This document shows, in pieces, positions 19,765 to 33,387 of a stretch of DNA of 64,000 nt (its first letter is position 1; each line of letters starts with the position of its first letter). The translations under genes were made by a program, and so were the position numbers. This stretch comes from Eledone cirrhosa (Eukaryota). The stretch covers positions 189,658,001 through 189,722,000 of the forward strand of contig OZ024741.1 in the NCBI GenBank assembly GCA_964016885.1. Direction: 5' to 3'. The notes under the pieces were generated by a model, which saw nothing but the letters and a program-made list of their open reading frames with translations, was not told where the DNA came from and ran no database searches.

Positions 19765-20045
19765 AATGCACCCAGTACAATGGTTGGTGATAGGAAGGCA
19801 TCCAGCTATTGAAACCATATCAAAAAATGCATAAGAGGATCTTCAGTTGTGTCAAGGACAGAGCAAAAGTTGGTGACATAATAAAATGCATCCAGTATGT
19901 TCTGTAAAGTGGTTGATGATAGGTAGAGCATCCAGCATAGAAAACTTGCCAAACAAAGGATTGACGGAGTTCTTGAGTTGTTTCAAAGACAGGACAACTC
20001 TTTGGTACTGGTTCCATAATAAAATGTTCCCAATGCACTCTGTAG
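19765..20045 (+). repeat. Tandem ~125-bp units related to the RTE 3' UTR
   Basis: Repeated AAAATGCACCCAGTA..GTGGTTGGTG.TAGGAAGGGCATCCAGC module; similar arrays at 47500-47820 (+) and 62320-62740 (-). Confidence 0.6.
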
Positions 20046-21834
20046 AATTTAGAAATATATTAAAGCAAGATACAGCTCCCAGCCTGTCTAGGAGGTTAGT
20101 ATGTATGCATGTATGGCCCTGTAATCCTGATAGTCATAGGAACGCCGTATTGACATACAGCGTTTCTTGGGCATTTTAAACCTGGCGGAGCCCATCCCTC
20201 TCCAGGCCTGAGTACAGCAGATATCTTCCAGAGAAAGATAGAAAGTGAGAGAAAGATGGAAATGAGAAAGAGATATAAAGGAAAAATCCACCCTAGTACT
20301 AGACTGGTACTTTTTTATCAACCTCAAAAGGATGGGAGGTCAGTAGCTTCAATTAAATACTGATCTGGTCGGTGACAATCTGTCCAACTCTTTCTTATGG
20401 AGAAAACAGTCATTAAATGATGATGATGAGGATGAGGAAGTTATACTACAGAGTATCAGGGATCAACCTGATGCCATACAATCATTATTAATAGCATCAT
20501 ACTGTAATCTACTGAGTATTACAAATACAGAAGAAATTACGTTTCAAACACCACCTAAGTAGACAAAAAATAGAAAACAGACTGTGCAAAGCCAACTCAA
20601 CTTAGGATTCGCTATGAAAGCACATCTTCAACTATAAGGATCTTCCTATCATCATCAAACTGGCTGAATACAAAGCAATGATGATGGCTGCTCAAAACAT
20701 TCCACCAAGGAAGATATAGCAAATATTACCGTTTTGAGACCAAACTACCTGATACTACCCCTGATAGATAGTTTGATTTAAAATGTTCATATTTATCTAA
20801 CATTATTTTCCAAACACCAACTTAATAATGAGAAAGTTAGTTGTTTTACAAAATTCCTCAAAATTCTTGATTAAACTTAGTCATCATCATCATTGTCATC
20901 GTTTAACGTCCATTTTCCACTCACGCATGGGTTAGATGATCAGAAAGATTTGAAAATCATAGGCAGTGTCTTTCATTGGGAATATAGCAATGGTAGTGGA
21001 ACAGAGTGACTAGCAAAGAGGTCCAGTATTGAAAACATGGACACCAGAAGGCAGATAAGGTGGGTGCAATACCTTGTGCACTTTCATAAGACACCTGACT
21101 TCATATACACATCTTTTATTCTGAGCTGCAACCAGGAGTTCAAGAACAGGGATGCCAATAGAAAAGATACAGAGATCAGCTAAGGCACATACAGAAATGG
21201 TGACAGATATACCAAACCTAATGAGAACTGGCAGATGATCACATTGGCTGGTGCTCAACCATATATAATGGTGTAAAAACCACGAAAGGATACCAACTAC
21301 AAAAAGATAGACAGGCAAAAATTAGTCCATAATAAAAATGATTGACAATCATGAAATTCCAAAGAAGTTGGCATGTGCCAATGTGCACTCACTTCCAGAT
21401 GACAGCAAATTTATGCACGAATACACATATACACATACATACCACTATAATTTGCCTGCACAATTCAAATAGAAGAAACTGAAAATTGTGTCACCCACGT
21501 AAATGTGTATACTGTCACTCTATCTTCATCATCATCATTTAACATCTATTTTTCATGCTTCCATGAATTAGGTGAATTGTTACGTTCTGAGACTAGACAG
21601 GTTAGATGACTGTCTCACACTTTTATGTTCTATTCTGGCATGGTTTCTACAACTGAATGTCCTTCTTAATACTAATCACTTCACAGCCTATGTGGCATCA
21701 TCACTACCACCTAACAGAGTATACTGGGTGCCTATTATTGTGGCACCAGCACTCCCACTTTACAGTGTGGGCTGGATGCATTTTATTGTGCACCAGTACT
21801 ACCAATTATCAACACTAATGTTGTCCTAGACCAG

Positions 21835-22006
21835 CCTCTATGATGCATCTGGTTTCTGCTGCATGTGCTCCCTCGAAGATTTTGCTTCACCAGCTTGGGC
21901 AATCCAGGGCAAGTGATTCCCAGCTACAGGGTTTGATGTTGAAGTCTTTGAGGGACACTTTTAGGCTGTTTTTGAAATGCTTCTTCTCTCCACCAACTGA
22001 GTGCTA
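21835..22006 (-). mobile_element. RTE/BovB-like LINE 3' coding fragment
   Basis: Minus-strand translation HSVGGEKKHFKNSLKVSLKDFNIKPCSWESLALDCPSW resembles the C-terminus of BovB-type RTEs. Confidence 0.6.
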
Positions 22007-23067
22007 ATGGCATGTATATGTATACACGTGAATGCAGATACACACACATATTCATATACATTCATGTCATGCAGAATATTTCAGGTTTTAGAGGGTGGTG
22101 TAGTTAGTTGAGATGTGCAGAAACAAGAGAAAATGTTCACAAATAAGTGAAAACAAACATGTTCACAGAACTTGCATACTGATACTACAAAATAAAACAG
22201 ACCAAACTTTGACTCTTAATGTTTTACTGCAGAGTTAGGCTGACCTTCTACATCTAACTGCCAGTGACCATAGTAACAGCTATGATAAGTGTATCATGAA
22301 CTGGAGGAATGAAGAATATAAACATTTGAAATGTATTCTTTCTTATTTTACTGGTCTTAGTCATTAAACTGCAGCTACTCTTAATATGTTATGAGAAATG
22401 ATAATTTTGTTTTTAAAGTTCTCACTACAAAACAGACCATATTTGACTAGTATTGATAAGAGACCTACTGAGTTGATGACAGTGATCAATGATATTTGGG
22501 GAGGATATTTACAACAGAGCAATGAACCATCATTTTCACAAATCAATGCCTATTTATGTTCCCTCTCTACAAATACTAAAGAGTATCTAAAGACTAAAGA
22601 ATTAAACAAAGCAAAACAATAAAAGAAATCATAGATTTGAAAAACATTGAAACAAATTGATGATCTACAGAAGACTCTCTGTTATCTGATGATACTTATC
22701 AAATATACACAAATAAATAGCTACAATTGTCACTAATAAAAATTGATAAAGAAATAGTGAGAAAAAGAGTAGATAAATATGTATCACCCGGAAACAGAAG
22801 TTAGAAGCTGTCAGTGAGAAATTCCATATTCAGAAGAAAGTACTTAGAAAAATAATATAGTTAACAAGAAAACCAGTATAAATCAATCAGCTACCCACAG
22901 AGAGATTAGGAGAGAGTCAATATAAATCACAGAGGAGCTCTTCTCAGAAAGATTTTGATTCAAGATAGTGAAAAGTCTGGAGTGAGAAAAGGGTCTCTAA
23001 CTAGAATGGAATGTGGCTAGAAATACTGTGTCAATTATATAGTATCCTTGAGATTGTAATAGAAAAA

Positions 23068-23277
23068 CCTTTAAGATATACTATTATATTGTTTGCACTA
23101 AAGGCTTTATCTCACATAATTATTTCACATAATATTGAATATATGAAATTTTGATGTTATTTATTTTGAGAACAATACCTTAACACCAGTATGAGAGGCT
23201 ATTTATGGTTGGTTTGAACAGAAAGAGGTGATATAATTCTGGCTGGATACGACCAGTTTAAATGCTAAAGGATTAAT
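23068..23277. mobile_element. piggyBac-type MITE (family also at 26035-26230, 47937-48152, 63460-63667)
   Basis: Shared body and AAATGCTAAAGG(G/A)TTAA end. Confidence 0.6.
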
Positions 23278-23516
23278 TGTTAGCTACTAGTACAATATAA
23301 CTGACCATCTGTCAAAAGTATCTTAACAACCTTTATGAGCAACTTCTCAATGGGGATACAAATATGTATGGGCTGCCATTGGCAGAAACAGGTCTGTGTC
23401 ACTCACATGGCATAAAGCAACCAGCCAATTTCCAATGCTACAATTTAATGCATCAAAGGTCTATCTGAGCCTATTCCTCTAGAATTACTGTGATAGTAAC
23501 AGTATCACTTAATTTT

Positions 23517-24185
23517 TTAACCCTTTCACTACCGTATTTCTAATGATATATTGTATTTCAATTGCTTGATCATGAATTTGAAAGATATTTACTAAAATCA
23601 TTATTTCATAATGGAGGTGGATTGGCAGTATCGGTAGAGGGTCGGACGCCATGCTTAGACGCATAGAGTTACGGCCCTTGCCATTCTGAGTTAAAATCCC
23701 ACCGAGGTTAACTTTGCCTTTCATCCTTACGGGGTCGATAAAATAAAGTACCAGTAATGCGCTGGGTAGTTGCTGGTCTTGTGCCAAAAGTAGAAACAAT
23801 TATTGTCGATAAAATAAAGTACCAGTAATACACTGGATAATTGCTGGCCTTGTGCCTAAAGTAGAAACAATTATTTCATAATGAAGATAATAAAGTACCA
23901 GTAATGTACTGGTTAATTGCTGGCCTTGTGCCAAAAGTAGAAACAATTATTTCATAATAAAGATAATAAAGTACCAGTAATACACTGGGCAATTGCTGGC
24001 CTTGTGCCAAAAGTAGAAACAATTATTTCAATAAAGATAGTATTTGTAACATAATTTAACAAAAGGTTTTTATATCAAATTATGTAGGAAGGCATTCATT
24101 TAAATAGGAACCCTTTACAATGGTGGTTGGTTTGATTTTATAGAACCAAAGATGGTTTTGGATGGATTGGTAACAAAATGGTTAA
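23517..24185. mobile_element. piggyBac-type MITE containing stacked SINE insertions
   Basis: TTAA-CCCTTTCACTACC ... GGTAACAAAATGG-TTAA ends. Confidence 0.5.
23613..24025 (+). mobile_element. SINE family A followed by three 5'-truncated copies in tandem
   Basis: Full SINE 23613-23800, then three AATAAAGTACCAG...GTAGAAACAATT units, each followed by ATTTCA(TA)ATRAAGAT. Confidence 0.85.
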
Positions 24186-24874
24186 ATTCAGAACTAGAAT
24201 TTGTCTGTTCTTGCTTTCATCAGAATAAGTAGATATTACTGACATTCCTCTTGTCAACTAGCATAATGGTATGCTAAACTATCTCGAAACTTTTTCAATT
24301 TATTGACACCAACAGTCTTTGTATCTCTCTTCTGAGCCTGTTGCTAGTGAGGGGAGAAGGGAACTGGATGACACTGTGTGCCCCAACTCCATCCTTGTTT
24401 TTCAATGGTGCGTCCTCAGATTTAGAAAAAATTGACAATGATATACTTATTTCAATACTCCGACTCAGAATATTCTGAAATCCCTACCAAGTAACAAAAC
24501 CTGGTGATGGGCCTGCTCACTTCATATCATCACCGCTATAGTTACACACTGAGTGATAAGGTCGAGAGTTCAATTCTTGGACCAGGCAACATCTTGTGTC
24601 CTTCAGCAAGATACTTTATTTTACATTACTCCAGTCCATTCAGTTGGTAAAATTAAGTTGTAATTCAAGGAGCCAGCCTTGACACGTTGTAAACATGCTA
24701 ACCATCAAGCCATATACATGTATAGTCGTAACTTCCCTATCCTGACTTGTTAAAATATTATGTATACAAATGTGGATATGATTCTATTGATGTACGGACA
24801 TGAATCGTATCCATTTCTACTACTCATGTCAATCTTGAAAACCTGACCTATACAGAAGAATAACATTAATGTGT

Positions 24875-25050
24875 ATATCGGTAGAGGGTTGGACGCCATG
24901 CTTTGATGCATAGAGTTACCACCCTTGCCATTCTGAGTTCAAATCCCACCTAGGTTAACTTTGCCTTTCATCCTTACGGGGTCGATAAAATAAAGTACCA
25001 GTAATGCACTGGGATAATTGCTGGCCTTGTGCCAAAAGTAGAAACAATTA
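24875..25050 (+). mobile_element. SINE family A
   Basis: GAGTTCAAATCC B-box, conserved body and GTAGAAACAATT end. Confidence 0.88.
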
Positions 25051-26874
25051 ATGTGTATGTCTGAGTTTGTATTGCACGCATTCATGCATGTGCCATTGTA
25101 TTGAACAACTGTGTGTTTATACAAATATATACACCAAGAGAAATTATACACACTTATGTGGATATGTTACAAGTTTAACTTTCAACTATTTGAATGATAT
25201 AGAAAAGTAATAGTTATATGTATGTGCAGCCTTGCAACTTCTCATATATTAGTGATAGTTTTTCTATGCTATTTTCTCTTATATTCCATCCACATTCAGT
25301 AAGTACTTGGTTTAAAATAAGTATACCATATCCCAGAATATCATAAAAAGTGACAAAAAGGGCTAGTGCCAGGAAGGGCATCTGACTGTAAAACACTGAC
25401 TTAAAACGTCCTGCCTATCCCATACTAGCATGGAAAAGTTGACATAAAAACGATGATGATTCCATTTTTATTCAAATTCTACTTACAAGGTGTTGATCAG
25501 CCCAAGGCTATAGTAGATGCTTGCCCAACATACACATAATGGAATGGAACCTGGAACCATGTGATTGTTAAGCAAACACTTTAGCCACATAGTTATGTTT
25601 ACAGATGGAAATAATTCAAATATGAAATAAATTAAAACGATATGCTCCATCAAGGATGATACTTCTTACTCATAATTTACAAAACCATTGAGTTATGGAG
25701 GCAGGCTTGAAATTATCTACTTTATATTTCTCTAGTTGAGCCACATGTCAGTCCTGTTTCAGCTAACCAGTGATTAACCCTTTTGTTTTCATATTTCTAA
25801 TAACGGACACTGTCTGTGATTTTCAAATAATCAAGAATTTGGAAAAATTTCATTATTAATTTGGTGTTTTAGACATATGGTAGAAAGTTTCTAGATAAAT
25901 ATAAACGCTCTAAAACAAGTAGTTTTGTATCATTGAACTAGGGGTGGTTTCACGTAGTTTGGTATCAAAACGTTTAAGGAATTCCAGCAAGGATTATCTC
26001 TTTTGTTTGTTTGTTTTTCTCATGCATTATGTGTTTACCCTTTTAACATTTAAACCGGCCATATGCAGCCAGAATTCCCTCACTTCTCTCTGTTCAAACC
26101 GACCATAACCAGCCCCTCATAGCAACATTAAGGTATTGTTCTCAAAATAAATGATATCAAAATCTCATAGATTGGATATTATGTGAAATAATTATAAGAT
26201 AAAGCATTTAATGTAAACACTAAAAGGTTAGAACTATATGCAATGTATTGTTCCTTTTTGTTATTTTTGTTTTTTGTTTTTATGAATAGACTAAAGTGGA
26301 TTGAGGGCAATTTAACTGCTATTTTTAGTTGGTTTAGCAACAACAGTTGACCTCGGTGTTAAATTTTTGTAATGTATGTTCTCAATGTTTACACATTGTT
26401 AGAATAGTAGCCTATTAAATTAAACATATTAGTATGTGTATTGGTTTCATGTTTTATTCTTAATATCCTTTCAAATGAATTATAAGATATCAACCAACAA
26501 CTGAAACCAGTGGAGCCTATCTTATAGAGTAATGTAAATACTAAAGGGCTAGAACTAAATACGGTTCAACGAGTCTGCCTATACAGGCCTATACAGTTAT
26601 TCATAATGATTTTTAACATAAGAAATCCTTTACAATAGTGTTACAAAATGAAATTGAATAAAACTGAATTTTCACCAAATTCCAAATAATCTTTTTTTCT
26701 GGGGAGTGAGGATGGGGGGATTTTAATTAAATTTTTCTGTGGGTGGGGGGTATTTAAGTTTTTCTAAACCACAAAATGAAAGAAAGGATAACATGGGGTA
26801 ATAAATGAAAATCCGATAAAGAAATTTCCATAAAGACATTATCTTTGTGAATATGATGGCAACCAAACTGTTAT

Positions 26875-27222
26875 AGGTATGGTATGGTATGGTCCCATAA
26901 CTCCTGATGCAGTCATAATGGCGCCATAGTAACATACAACTTTTCTTATGCATTTTATGCCTGGCTGAGCCCATCCCCTCTCCAGATTTGAATACAGCAG
27001 GTTTCTTCCAGAGAAAGATAGAAAATGAGAGATTGGAAATGAGAAAGTTATCTAGAGGAAGAATTGACCCCAGTACTTGACTGGTACTTTTTTTTATCGA
27101 CTTCGAAAGGATGAAAGGCAAAGTTGACCTCAGTGGGATTTGAACTCAGAGAGCAGAGAACCAGAAAGAAGGCCGTAAAGCACTCTATCCAACGTCCTAA
27201 CGACTCTGCCAATTCACCACCT
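26875..27222 (-). mobile_element. SINE with family-A head/body and an alternative (CCATA)n tail
   Basis: Same tail module (GAGAGGGATGGGCTC.GCCAGG) at 20095-20330 (-) and 59775-60070 (+). Confidence 0.7.
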
Positions 27223-28231
27223 CTTATAAGTATATGGAGACCAGATTGTCTGAAGTTCCATGCATAGGTCATTTTTGTTTACATCATCCTATGTCCCTTC
27301 TATGTAAAAATCACATTTATTATTGGTCATTTCCCACTGTATGGAATTGTCTCAACATAGGCACAAGGCCACATATTTTAGTAGAATGAACAGTACATTA
27401 AACTGATGCCAGTACTTGACTGCTACTTTATTTTATCAACCACTGAAGAAAGTAAGGAAAAATTGATCTCAGCAGAATTTGAATGTTAATTAGTGAAATT
27501 AAAAGCTACCAATTCCGTGACACGATCCGTTGTCTAGTTTGACACTAACCCCTGACCCATCGGTGTCTTTAGTGGATTCCACTCTATTGCCAGAATTTGG
27601 ATCAAGCCTCTGATTTGAGGAAACCTTCCCCCTTCCCTCACACCAATCACAGTGTCCCCAAAAAGGAGTATCAGCAGTCTTTCTGACTAAATATTAAAAT
27701 AATGTAATGACTAAGTTAAAGGGTGATTTTTTTTTTCTCTAACTAAGAATGAAATTTAAATTAAATAGAAATATTTTACATACAGCATTGAATACATCAC
27801 CTTTAAACTTATCTAAATTCATAACATTGCCTCATTTGAATTATTTCCCTTAGCTCATTTTCTCATTTTTTAAAAATTATGTACGTTATATATTATAACT
27901 ATATATCTAGTCATTTGAGCTTAACTAATCAATGATTTCCGTTTTGAATTAGGATCACTATCAAGACTACGTTTTGCTATGATATATGATCTGTCTTTCT
28001 GTTTGAAGCTTAAACAACCTGGCAGCTTGTAGATAAATAGGATATGGTGGGGAAGTTGTTGTTTAGCCCTAGGTCAACTCTAATTGAGCAGACCTATCAT
28101 TAAAGAAATTTCATTTGAAACTATTGTATCCTTTGTTTGTTTTTAGTCAGGAATGGGGTGTACAGATGTGTTGTTGTTTAGCCCCAGGTCAACCCTGTTC
28201 CATTATCCAACATATTATTTTCTTAAAACAC

Positions 28232-28418
28232 AGGGTGGTGGATTGGCAGTATCGGTAGAGGGTCGGATGCCATGCTTTCCAGCATAGTTACGTCCTTTTA
28301 CGATGAGTTCAAATCCCGCTGATGTTGACTTTGCCTTTCATCCTTACGGGGGCGATAAAATAAAGTACCAGTAATGCACTGGGTAATTGCTGGCCTTGTG
28401 CCTAAAGTAGAAACAATT
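28232..28418 (+). mobile_element. SINE family A with target-site duplication
   Basis: Flanked by ATTATTTTCTTAAAACAC on both sides. Confidence 0.88.
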
Positions 28419-29517
28419 ATTTTCTTAAAACACTAGGATGTGATTTGCAGGAGATTTGTTTGCTATCTTTAACAAGTTGAGTAACCACATAGTCTTGATT
28501 TGTCCAAAAAACTTATCTTCTAGTTTGATTCAATTCACATCTAGGATACTTTATAGGGATATAAATCAACCCTGGTATATGACTGGTACTTTATTTTATC
28601 AAGCATGGGAGGACAATATACAGAAGGCCAGCAAATTTGAAAAAGGATAGTTGATTAAATGAACCCCAATACTTGAAGGATGAATGGAAAAGTTGACTTT
28701 GGCAGGATTTGAACTCAGAGTGTAAAGAGTTATAATTGTTACAAGGCACTTGTCCAACACACTATGGACTCTACCAACCCACAATTGAATCAGCTTCATT
28801 AATTGACTGGTACTCATATCATCAACCCTGGAAGAATATAAAGCAAAGTTAACCTTCTCTGGATTTGAACTCACAACATAAAGGGATATAATTTCATTAC
28901 TGTTTGGTATTTTTCCAGGTACTCTAGCAATTATATATATTTACAAGTTAGTTATACAATGCGTCTGTTTTCTGCAACATCCATTCTGGTCAGTTTTATA
29001 TATAACCACACTACACTGACAGCATTATACTAGTCGTTATAGACGGATTCTGTGTTGTTTTTTACATTGTCTAATGAGAGGTATAGTTCACAAAACAGAA
29101 TGTTATGTAGTGGAATACTTGTATATTTCCTGTATATTGTATATCAGAAGTCAATTCTTTCATTGTATAAACTTAATGTCATCATCCCAAATAATTCATA
29201 ATTTATATGAACATTTTCTGAACAGTTTTGGTGAAAAATACCTTGCTAAAATTAATTATGCATGCAGCAGAAGCAGCATGGCTAATCCACCTACTTCCCT
29301 CCCACTCAACTAAATAAATATTTAACTCCATTCCTGCACCAGCCATAGGATACCACATCTATGATGGATGATTTGCATAATGTTGAGTGCTTTAACTAAT
29401 TACATCATGATTTGCAAACTGGAATAACCAAATCTACTCATTGGTAAACCACACAACATAAATGGTACATATATATATATTTTTCATATATAAACAAAGC
29501 GTCCTTGTTTCTTTCTA

Positions 29518-29703
29518 TTGTGGATTGGCAGTATCGATGGAGGGTCGGACGCCATGCTTTCCAGCATAGTTACGTCCCTTTACGATCTGAGTTCAAATCC
29601 CGCCGAGGTTGACTTTGCCTTTCATCCTTACGGGGTCGATAAAATAAAGTACCAGTAATGCACTGGGTAATTGCTGGCCTTGTGCCTAAAGTAGAAACAA
29701 TTA
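29518..29703 (+). mobile_element. SINE family A
   Basis: Full consensus match. Confidence 0.9.
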
Positions 29704-29814
29704 TATAAATATATATATATATCATATTTAAAATGCTGGAGAGAACAACAAAGATTTATGAATACATGTATATTTAATGGCTGACAAGTTGTTTCAAATA
29801 CATATATATAAGAC

Positions 29815-31662
29815 TGACATAGCAGCATCATCATTAACTGCTACAAGGGTAAAGGGGATGCTCTAGATAGGGGAAACTATAGAGGCATTAAGTTAATTGA
29901 CCAGGTCATGAAGATCACAGAAAGAGGTATAGCGCAATTAATCAGAGAGCAAATTGATCTAGATGAAATGCAGTTTTGGGTTTGTGTCTGGTAAAAGTAC
30001 CACAGACGCTCTTTTCCTTGTACAACTACAGAAGTACCTCTACTTCGCTTTTGTAGACCTGGAGAAAGCCTTTGACAGAGTCCTCCGCTCCATTATCTGG
30101 TGGGCTCTTAGAAAACTAGGTGTAGATGAATGGCTTGTGAGAGCTATACAAGTCATGTATAAAGAAACAGTCAGCAAGGTTAGAATTAACAATGAATATA
30201 GTGAAGAATTTAGTGTAAAAGTTGGTGTTCATCATGGCTCTGTTCTTAGCCCCCTCCTATTTATTATTGCCCTTCAGGCTATAACAGAGGATTTTAAGAC
30301 CAGCTTCGCATGGGAACTCCTATACGCAGATGATCTAACTCTCATAGCTGAATCTATGGCTGAACTAGAGAAGAAATTCCAAACATGGAAGCATGGCTTA
30401 GAATCAAAATACCTTAAAGTTAACTTGTCTAAGACTAAAGTTCTAATATGTAGAAAGGAAAATAGGGCACAGGTGTGTAGGAAAGGAGTAGGTAGAAATT
30501 CCCTTTTATGTCCCAAATGGAAACTATGGGTACATAAAAGATGTAGTGGGATCACAGATAAACTATCTAAGAACGTAGATTTTATATGTGGCTGATGCTC
30601 AGGTGCAATAAGTAGCAAGTGCCCACAGGATACTAGTTCCTTCTATTGCCCAGATGGTTCTATAGAAATAGTGGACACCTTCCGTTACCTGGGTGACAAA
30701 ATCAGCAGTGGTGGAGGGTGCTCTGAAAGTACAGTAGTCAGAACGGGATGGAAAAAGTTCAGAGAGCTTATACCGCTGTTGGCCACAAAAGGTTTCTCTC
30801 TAAAAATGAAAGGCAGATTGTATGATTCCTGTATACGAACAGCAATGCTACATGGCAGTGAGACATGGGCATTGCGTGCAGAGGACCTGCGCAGACTGGA
30901 AAGGAACGAAGCGTGCATGCTCAGTTGGATGTGTAATAGTAATATACGTGAATGGCAAAACATAAATGAACTAAGTGAGAAATTAAGAATAAGAGGGATC
31001 AGATGCTGTTTACTTGAGAGAAGACTACGTTGGTATGGTCACATGATGCGCATGAAAGACGACAGCTGTATAAAAAAGTGCAGGGTGATCAAAATTGATG
31101 GAAGTTATGGAGTAGGTAGACCCAGAAAAACCTGAGACAATTTGATAAATTCCGACCTTACACACTTGCACCTCTCTAAGACAATGTCACTTGACCGAGA
31201 TCTTTGGCGCCCCGCAGTAATACAGAAGACCCGCCTTGCCTATGTACAAAGCGAAACCTACAGTCAGTAGGCACCTCTTAACCAAATATACACCCCAATC
31301 CACTACCCCTACTCCATCCTCCCACTCCCACCAACACCACCCTTTCTCTGTAAAGTTGGTTCCACAACATCGAGTCCAAATAAATGAGATAATGAGATCG
31401 AGATCGTGTAGGTGTCACGACAAAAAAAAACACACAGTCCACGCTGTAATGTGGTCGTGTAGGTAACACGGTAAAAACTTCCCAGTCCACACTGTAAATG
31501 TGGTTGGTGTTCGGAAGGGCATCCAGCCGTAGAAAACCTGCCAGATAGTTCTATATGAGCGAGACACGGTCACTCAACCAACCTTGCCTCAAATTGGGCC
31601 AACTCCTGTCTAACCCATGCTAGCGTGGAAGATAGATGTTAAACGACGATGATGATGATGAT
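29815..31662 (+). mobile_element. 5'-truncated, frameshifted RTE LINE closely related to 13204-17463
   Basis: RT motifs AFVDLEKAFDRV, YADD, FRYLG, damaged PHD, same 3' UTR and (GAT)n tail; ORF pieces 29963-30595 and 30671-31135. Confidence 0.93.
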
Positions 31663-31977
31663 ATATATATATATATAATATTATTTTATGTCTACTTCCC
31701 AGGCTGTCATAAGTTGGTCACGTCATCAACAGTTATAGTCAGTTCTTATTCAAAGTAATACCTCATCAGTAGGTCCCCCAGTTTAGGGGTTCAATAGGTG
31801 AAAATCTGTGGAATATGTATCATATCTAAAATCAAGTTGCTGGTATCATGAAGGGAATCCAGCTGTAGAATACTGCTTTAAAAACTGAGCACCACATGAT
31901 TGTGAAACTAACTTATTAACTTCACTGCTATGCATGAACCCTCCACCCCCTCACACACACAATTTCATCATCATCAG

Positions 31978-32015
<38 letters not shown>

Positions 32016-32269
32016 AATTGTGGTTGGTGTCAGGAAGGCCATCCAGCTGTAAAAAAAACAGCAAAAATACAGTTGTATTTGAGCAAGGTACGGCACGGCC
32101 AACTGGCCAGACTTGTCATAGTGTAGACAACCCATCTAACCCATACACGCATGGAAAAATAGACATTAAATTGTGATGATGATATCTCTATCTATCTAGG
32201 GCAGGTAAAATTCCCCAAGATCCGTGGACGAGTTCTCTCCAGCGGTCTCTGTCCCTCATTATCACTGCC

Positions 32270-32355
32270 ATATCCTCATGAAGATCTTACAGGCTTATGG
32301 GATCCCTAAGAGGATAGTGGACCTGATATCACTGCTCTACACCAACACCAAAGAG
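32270..32355 (+). mobile_element. Short LINE RT fragment
   Basis: LMKILQAYGIPKRIVDLISLLYTNTK, typical of the RTE-type RT region after KAFD. Confidence 0.55.
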
Positions 32356-32359
32356 GATG

Positions 32360-32396
<37 letters not shown>

Positions 32397-32418
32397 CGTA
32401 TTTGCATCAGTTATTGGG

Positions 32419-32458
<40 letters not shown>

Positions 32459-32670
32459 GGAAATCAGTAAAATCGAATCTCTGGTGGTTTGCAAGTAAAT
32501 TCGGCCTACTTATATGAAATGATGAGTTAGTAAAGCACTCGATAAGATAGGGCCTCAGAGTAATAACATACGTTTAAATAGCTTGACAAATCGAACATTG
32601 TGGTAGGCGAAACTAACACACAATACATACCAAAGCAACGATGGAACTAATCAGGTTGTGAAAAGTACAC

Positions 32671-32716
<46 letters not shown>

Positions 32717-32958
32717 GCACACGCACGCACACACATGTGTGTGTGCGTGTGTTAAGTTATATTGGAGTTTATCCTGGTAAAGATTATAGAAGTTCAATGC
32801 TAATCAGTATCCTTGGTCAATCAGTACTCAAAAAGGCTGCCCAGTATATCTATTATTGAGGTACGGCCCGTCCTCCGGCATTGAAACGTTGAGAAACATG
32901 TTGAGTATAATCATGTTGTAAATCTTAACTGGTTATTCATTGTTATTATATATATATA

Positions 32959-33148
32959 GGGCGGTGGATTGGCAGTATCCATAGAGGGTCGGACGCCATG
33001 CTTTCCAGCACAGTTATGTCCCTTTACGATCTGAGTTCAAATCCCGCCGAGGTTGACTTTGCCTTTCATCCTTACGGGGTCGATAAAATAAAGTACCAGT
33101 AATGTTCTGGTTAATTGCTGGCCTTGTGCCTAAAGTAGAAACAGTTAT
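32959..33148 (+). mobile_element. SINE family A
   Basis: Full consensus match starting GGGCGGTGGATTGGCAG. Confidence 0.9.
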
Positions 33149-33169
33149 TATATATATTATATATTATAT

Positions 33170-33387
33170 ATTTACTCAGCTGTAGAAATGAGATGATAGG
33201 GACTGGGGTCCCTATCATTCCACTGCAAAGTGGTCGTGGAGGTGCCACGGCAAAAAAGCACCCAGCACTCACTGTAAATGAGGTTGGTGTTAGGAACGGC
33301 ATCCAGCTGTAGAAATCAAGCCAGAATCAGTTCCCGTCCCACCCTTGCTAGCAGGGAAAAGCGGACGTAAAATGAAATGATGATGAT
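33170..33387 (+). mobile_element. SINE-like element with RTE-type 3' end
   Basis: Copy of 11490-11700 with a (GAT)n tail. Confidence 0.72.

Noticed and set aside
23800-24030. CRISPR-like repeated units
   Set aside because: These are SINE 3' ends without unique spacers, in a eukaryotic context with no cas genes.
32456-32672. Possible hammerhead on the minus strand (CTGATTA...TAAAC)
   Set aside because: Both core segments deviate and the stems are unconvincing; kept only as a possible degenerate 3' end.
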